Assembly (NCBI GenBank): GCA_024403185.1
Contig: JAKSSG010000002.1
Location: forward strand, 2,724 to 66,723
Length of the DNA stretch: 64,000 nucleotides
DNA from: Clostridia bacterium
GTDB taxonomy: Bacteria > Bacillota > Clostridia > Peptostreptococcales > Anaerovoracaceae
Direction: 5' to 3'
Shown: positions 59,032 through 64,000 of the stretch, one piece after another
How the letters are laid out: each line of letters opens with the position of its first letter
Numbering within the stretch: the stretch's first letter is position 1
Notes under the pieces: generated by a model
What the model was told of the DNA's origin: nothing
Seen by the model: only the letters and a program-made list of their open reading frames with translations
Databases searched by the model: none
Program-made: the position numbers and the translations under genes

Positions 59032-60327
59032 TTATTTATTTGCTTCAAGTGAAGCGAGTGCTGCCTGCTCATTGAGCATGTCGCAGTATTCTGAATCCAT
59101 TTCCTTGATTGCTGCAGGGAATTCGTATCTTGCCATTACTTCTACGAATGGGTCTGGATCGAAGTGTTCAGGGCCCCATGCACCAGGTTCATTCCAGATG
59201 CCCTTTGCAATCAGTTCCATCATGATAACAGGACCAACTGCTGTCTGAGCTACGATGATGTTAGTCTTGAACTTTTCTTCGCATTCCTGAGCATCTGCCT
59301 TTGAGTACATGTACAGTGATCTGTACTTGTCATCCTTCCAGCCTGTTACCCATACACCTGCAGTACATGTGCCCTGCAGACCGTACATTCCTTCAGTAGG
59401 GTTGCCTACAACCTTGCATACGAAGTCTCTAGGAGTAATTTCAGTATCGCCAACCTTAATCTTTCTGTTCTTGTCATCAAGACCGAAGTTGTGCAGTACG
59501 AAGAGGCTGTTTCTGAAGTCAGGGTCAAGACCATACTTGAATGTAACCTTGTTACAGTCAATTTCTCTAGGCATGAGCAATACTTCTTCGTGCTCAACGT
59601 TTACTACTTCTACAGCGCCGATTCCGCATGGGAAGTTGAAGATTTCAGGTTCTGACATTGGAGGTGTGCAGTACCACCATCCATCAGGATGTTCTTCGTC
59701 CTTAGCCCAGATGAATGCCGGGTTCAGGCATTCTTCCATGCAGGTCCATGGTGAGAAAGCAAATGCACTGTCGCCGCCTGTGATGTTGTCACCGTCACGA
59801 ACGTTCAGTTCATCGATCTTGTCGAACAGGTGCTTGGCAGCATACTTTGCAAATACGTCGATTGTTCCAGGTTCAACACCGGATCCGCAAACTGCGATTT
59901 TTCCGGATGCTTCCCATTCCTTCTGCTTAGCAAACTGATAGTCACCGAGCTTAACGTTTGTAAGTTCATAAGGCTTTTCAGGATGCGGTTCTGATACTGT
60001 GCATGCACAGTCAAGATATCCAACCTTCAGATCCAGACAAGTATCGAAAATGCAGAAGTCCATTCTTGGGTCGCATGCATTCATTACGAAGTCAATGTTA
60101 TATTCATCAACAACTGCCTTGATGCTTTCAGGGCTGAATGCATCACACTGTGCAGCCTTGAAGATTCCATCGCCACAAAGTGCAGCTGATTTCTTAGCTG
60201 CTTCCAGGTCATAGTCAGCAAATACTACGATTTCTGCCCAGTCCTGATTAGCGATATCCATCTGTCTTTTAATAATTGTACCAGCTGATGTACCTACACC
60301 ACCGGCTCCTAAAATCATAAGTCTCAT
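59032..60327 (-). CDS. saccharopine dehydrogenase / carboxy(nor)spermidine dehydrogenase family oxidoreductase
   Basis: GAGGVG Rossmann motif, GVEPG, EECLNP, VEHEEV, TFKYGL. Confidence 0.85.
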   Translation of the reverse strand: MRLMILGAGGVGTSAGTIIKRQMDIANQDWAEIVVFADYDLEAAKKSAALCGDGIFKAAQCDAFSPESIKAVVDEYNIDFVMNACDPRMDFCIFDTCLDLKVGYLDCACTVSEPHPEKPYELTNVKLGDYQFAKQKEWEASGKIAVCGSGVEPGTIDVFAKYAAKHLFDKIDELNVRDGDNITGGDSAFAFSPWTCMEECLNPAFIWAKDEEHPDGWWYCTPPMSEPEIFNFPCGIGAVEVVNVEHEEVLLMPREIDCNKVTFKYGLDPDFRNSLFVLHNFGLDDKNRKIKVGDTEITPRDFVCKVVGNPTEGMYGLQGTCTAGVWVTGWKDDKYRSLYMYSKADAQECEEKFKTNIIVAQTAVGPVIMMELIAKGIWNEPGAWGPEHFDPDPFVEVMARYEFPAAIKEMDSEYCDMLNEQAALASLEANK

Positions 60328-60523
60328 TGTTTTCCTCCTTTATGTAAAATCATTTGAAACTTTTCTCTGATAAAATTATCCCTCATAGCTAATATCAATA
60401 CCATTGTTGTTTTTTATCATAATTCAAAAAAAATAATAAAATTTAACTACACTTTCTGATTCTCTGATATAATGTATTCAGCAAAAGATAAACACACGCA
60501 TTAAAGAAAATCAGAGGTACACC

Positions 60524-61552
60524 ATGTTTGTTCAGAACGAAATACCGGAATATAAAAACAGTTTTCCCTTCGACGCTCAGCTTCTTCATATACGAAAGCT
60601 TCAGCCCCACTATCATGACAACGCTCTTGAATTCGTATACTGCCTTAAGGGCTCCCTGCACTTCGTTGCAGCCGAGCAGGACGATTTCATTTCGGCAGGC
60701 CATCTCAGATCAATCGACCGCCGTGACATTCATTACCTGGCCTCTGACGAGGATGATAATATGACTCTTATTGTTCATATTGATCTGGAGAAAACGACAA
60801 ACTGGGAATATCTCAAATACGTTTTCTTTACCTGCGAAAGCGATCTGTGCCGTCCGTACCAGCAGGATGCCATCAACAGAATCAAGGGCTACATTCTGGC
60901 AATGGCACTTGTTCATTTCACAAACGGCGATTTCAGTTCCGTTGGCTGGAACAGCCTGCCTGCTTTTGCAGATGCTTCGGAAAGATACACGGAGGAGCTC
61001 CTCAGCGAAAAGGTCGAAGAGGTAATCGCCATAATGCTGCAGTACTTCAACTGGTTTAACTACGAGAACACCGACGACTATATGAATGTAAATCTCTATG
61101 AGAGATTTCACCGCGTTGTAGCCTACTGCATGGAAAACTACAACAAGAAGATTTCCGTATCTGAACTTGCGGAGGTTGAGCACATAAACAGGAACTACTT
61201 TTCACAGTTCATCGGCAAAACCGTATTTTCAAGCTTCAGCAACATGATTAACTACATAAGATGCTATGAAGCCGACCAGATCCTACTTCGCACGAACATG
61301 CCCAATTACGAGGTATCGTTTACCTGCGGTTTTTCCGACCCTCAGTATTTCTATACGGCATTCAAAAAACATTTTCACTGCACACCTAAGGAACACCGGC
61401 TTAAATTCAGATACTACATGGACGAGTGTCAGCGTGACAGCAAGAGCATTTCCATCGTTGATGAGAAAGAAGCGGCAGCCTTCCTGAAGGATTATCTCAC
61501 CAGGTGGCATATTGCCGGCGCCCTTGGCGGTAAGGACTTTCCTGTTCTGTAG
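60524..61552 (+). CDS. AraC family transcriptional regulator
   Basis: cupin PHYH...LEFVYCLKG and C-terminal HTH CGFSDPQYFYTAFKKHFHCTP. Confidence 0.92.
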   Translation: MFVQNEIPEYKNSFPFDAQLLHIRKLQPHYHDNALEFVYCLKGSLHFVAAEQDDFISAGHLRSIDRRDIHYLASDEDDNMTLIVHIDLEKTTNWEYLKYVFFTCESDLCRPYQQDAINRIKGYILAMALVHFTNGDFSSVGWNSLPAFADASERYTEELLSEKVEEVIAIMLQYFNWFNYENTDDYMNVNLYERFHRVVAYCMENYNKKISVSELAEVEHINRNYFSQFIGKTVFSSFSNMINYIRCYEADQILLRTNMPNYEVSFTCGFSDPQYFYTAFKKHFHCTPKEHRLKFRYYMDECQRDSKSISIVDEKEAAAFLKDYLTRWHIAGALGGKDFPVL

Positions 61553-61761
61553 CAGTCACATATCAGTTGTTGAATTTTAGTTTTTTGAGATGATATTCAT
61601 ATAATTCGCCTATGTTATTATCCGTTTCATGGAATGATAATATCATTAGACAGATGAAACAGGAGGCGGCTGGACATGGATACATTCAAAAATACCAGGC
61701 TGAAGCCGAGGAAAAAGGCAAAAGCATGTACAGGGTTGTTTACATGAAACAGTTCCTTATG

Positions 61762-61800
61762 AAAAAACGGCAGTGGCGATTATCGCCTCTGCCGTTTTTA
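61762..61800. terminator. bidirectional terminator
   Basis: AAAAACGGCAG.GGCGA/TCGCC.CTGCCGTTTTT. Confidence 0.75.
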
Positions 61801-61819
61801 ATATTCACTGTTTTCTCAT

Positions 61820-63268
61820 TTACATGTTCAGCATCTTCTCGAATACCGAGTTGTATCTTTCCTGTGGCGGAATTGCATTTCTCTTCTTTCGGTTTCCAAG
61901 GAAGAATGCCAGACCCAGGAGTCCCCAGCCTATTATTACGCATATTCCAATATTGCCGACATATGCCGGTGAAATAGGCAGGATGCACATTACGAACAGT
62001 ACTACGCATACGCACATGCCTATTGCGGCGATGAGTTTGCCGCCTGCAAGCTTGTAAGGTCTGTTCAGTGTCGGTTCCTTTTTCCTCATGACGATAAGAG
62101 CTCTTGTATCATTAAACCAGCAAACCATGAGTGCTACTGATGTAATGCTTGTCAGTATTCCGATAATGCTCGGTCCAAGGAAAGGTCCCACTGCCGAAAT
62201 GATTCCGCAGCAGATGAGCGCAAACCATGGAGTTCCCTTCGTCTTGTGGATGTCCGAGAACTTTGAAGGAAGCAGGCTTGCACGGCCAAGACCCAGCATG
62301 AGTCTTGATGTTGCTATGAAGAATGCATTCCATGTGGTCATCAGTCCGCAGAGAACACCCAGCAGAATGAATACGTACAGCCCGTTTCCGAATGCTCCCG
62401 GGTACAGAATCTTAAGAAGATTACCTGCAGCCGGTGTCTGCAGAACAGCTGATTCCTGCCAAGGATATGCTCCGCCTACTACGATGAGGATTGCGGCATA
62501 TGTAACTCCCGCAGCTATGAGCGAGAGGAATATTACCTTACCTACGCTCTTTACTGATCCGGATGCGTCTTCGATTCCCTGAGGAATTGTCTCAAATCCG
62601 AAGATGAAGAACGGTGCTATTGCGAACATTGCGATTGCTCCGCCGATGAACGAAGTGTGATTACCTACTCCAACATTTTCATAAACCGGAGTCAGATTCT
62701 CAAAGTTGAACTTGAAAATGCAGCAGATCAGCGTCAGGCCGATTGATGCCAGCAGAACAATGCAGAGTGTCTTCTGGAACTTTGCGGATGTTCTGGCACC
62801 GAACCAGTTCATGAGGAATATGAGAACTGTGCACGCCTCACCTATGAGCATTGATCTGAGATATACAGGGGTTCCAAGTACATAGTAGAGAATCGGTCCG
62901 CCCTGAACTCCCGGAATAATCATTGCCAGAATATCATTGATGTATATTGCCTCCCATGGAAGTACTGCCGCAAAAGCCATGATTGCCGCCCATCCCGATA
63001 CGAAGGCCATCTTTTCTCCAAACGCCCTGTATGAGAATGCCACGCTGGCACCTGCAACAGGAATCATCGGACACAGCTCCGCGTAACACATTGCAACAGG
63101 AAGAATTACCACAAGTGTAATCAGAAATCCCAGTGCTGCAGGAAGCGGTCCGCCCGCTGATGACATCCAACTGTTAACGATTACAGCCCAGCCAACTCCT
63201 ACGATTGCACCAAAGCCAATCGTAAAAAAGTCAAATGCACTTATTCCCTTTTTCTTCTGTTGTTCCAT
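61820..63268 (-). CDS. APC family amino acid permease
   Basis: GFGAIVGVGW, YAEL...PVAG, FGFE; about 12 TM segments. Confidence 0.9.
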   Translation of the reverse strand: MEQQKKKGISAFDFFTIGFGAIVGVGWAVIVNSWMSSAGGPLPAALGFLITLVVILPVAMCYAELCPMIPVAGASVAFSYRAFGEKMAFVSGWAAIMAFAAVLPWEAIYINDILAMIIPGVQGGPILYYVLGTPVYLRSMLIGEACTVLIFLMNWFGARTSAKFQKTLCIVLLASIGLTLICCIFKFNFENLTPVYENVGVGNHTSFIGGAIAMFAIAPFFIFGFETIPQGIEDASGSVKSVGKVIFLSLIAAGVTYAAILIVVGGAYPWQESAVLQTPAAGNLLKILYPGAFGNGLYVFILLGVLCGLMTTWNAFFIATSRLMLGLGRASLLPSKFSDIHKTKGTPWFALICCGIISAVGPFLGPSIIGILTSITSVALMVCWFNDTRALIVMRKKEPTLNRPYKLAGGKLIAAIGMCVCVVLFVMCILPISPAYVGNIGICVIIGWGLLGLAFFLGNRKKRNAIPPQERYNSVFEKMLNM

Positions 63269-63450
63269 TATTCCACCTTCTGTTATGTCAATTTCTTTAT
63301 TACAGATAAATGGGACAGCGGGAATCCGCTGCCCATATTCATTTTCCTGTTTTATTATCCTATATTAGTAATTCAAATACGATTGTTGTTTTTTATCTAA
63401 ACAAGGACTTCATTGCTAAAATACAACAACTGTTATACTACAAAAGCAGA

Positions 63451-64000
63451 CTATTTGTTTCCCTCGATCATCTCGTACTTCAGATTCCAGAGCTTTTCGG
63501 AAAGGTCAACGTAGTATGTCTGAGGATTTTCAAAACGCTTCATTTCATCCCACATCAGGTCAAGCTGTTCCCTGCAGTACTGCTTGATTTCATCGATTGA
63601 CGGGCTGTCATAGCATTTTACTCCGCCCTTGAATACCTGCTCGCGCAGATTCTTTGCATAGAAGTTGGTAATCGTCTTGCGCTTCCATACCGCATTAGGA
63701 TCGAAGATTTCAAATTCTTCTCCTGATGGTGCAGGCTCGTCGTCCAGTGCGATGATATCACAGAGAGCTCTGTCTGTTTCCTTATCGAAGAGTCTCCAGA
63801 TGGTCTTGAATCCCGGGTTGGTAATCTTCTCAACATTTTCGCTGATCTTGATCTTCGGAATCATTTCTCCGTCCTTTTCCAGAGCGGACAGCTTATAGAC
63901 TCCGCCGAATACAGGCTCTGACTTGGCTGTAATAAGTCTCTCGCCTACGCCGAATGAGTCGATGCATGCTCCTTCGAGGAGAACGTCTCTGATAATGTAT
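63451..64000 (-). CDS. pncB: nicotinate phosphoribosyltransferase (3' part; gene starts beyond the window)
   Basis: frame open to the window edge: IDSFGVGERLITAKSEPVFGGVYKL...KISENVEKITNPGFK. Confidence 0.9.
   Translation of the reverse strand, partial: YIIRDVLLEGACIDSFGVGERLITAKSEPVFGGVYKLSALEKDGEMIPKIKISENVEKITNPGFKTIWRLFDKETDRALCDIIALDDEPAPSGEEFEIFDPNAVWKRKTITNFYAKNLREQVFKGGVKCYDSPSIDEIKQYCREQLDLMWDEMKRFENPQTYYVDLSEKLWNLKYEMIEGNK

Noticed and set aside
63308-63340. Riboswitch or T-box upstream of the second APC permease
   Set aside because: Only one GC-rich hairpin is visible, with no T-box or known aptamer consensus

Overview
Chromosomal core region of a Bacillota (Clostridia) bacterium; an Anaerovoracaceae/Peptostreptococcales-like anaerobe is an inference from gene content only. 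Most genes lie on the minus strand. The window carries the conserved blocks rpsO, rimP-nusA-ylxR-ylxQ-infB-rbfA-nrnA-truB-ribF, rpsB-tsf and pyrH-frr-uppS-cdsA-dxr-rseP-ispG-polC, yloC-gmk-rpoZ, ylxM-ffh-rpsP-khpA-rimM-trmD, yggS-sepF-divIVA-lspA-rluD, smpB with tmRNA, fba and the 3' part of pncB, plus tRNA-Gly(CCC) and tRNA-Pro(CGG). No integrase, transposase, prophage or cas gene is visible. The most notable items are: (1) a self-promoted four-gene cassette between polC and rimP encoding a small alarmone hydrolase, a STAS protein, a small alarmone synthetase and a LMW phosphatase; (2) an orphan array of hairpin repeats with an exact 73-bp period between tRNA-Pro and ribF; (3) an AraC-centred locus in which a saccharopine/carboxyspermidine-dehydrogenase-like gene and an APC permease gene share a 22-bp upstream motif; (4) a PolC lacking its proofreading exonuclease domain; (5) an EF-Ts with an insertion of about 60 aa; (6) two small ORFs missed by the ORF track; and (7) a 180-bp intergenic fold-back element. 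All family assignments come from motif recognition, not database searches.
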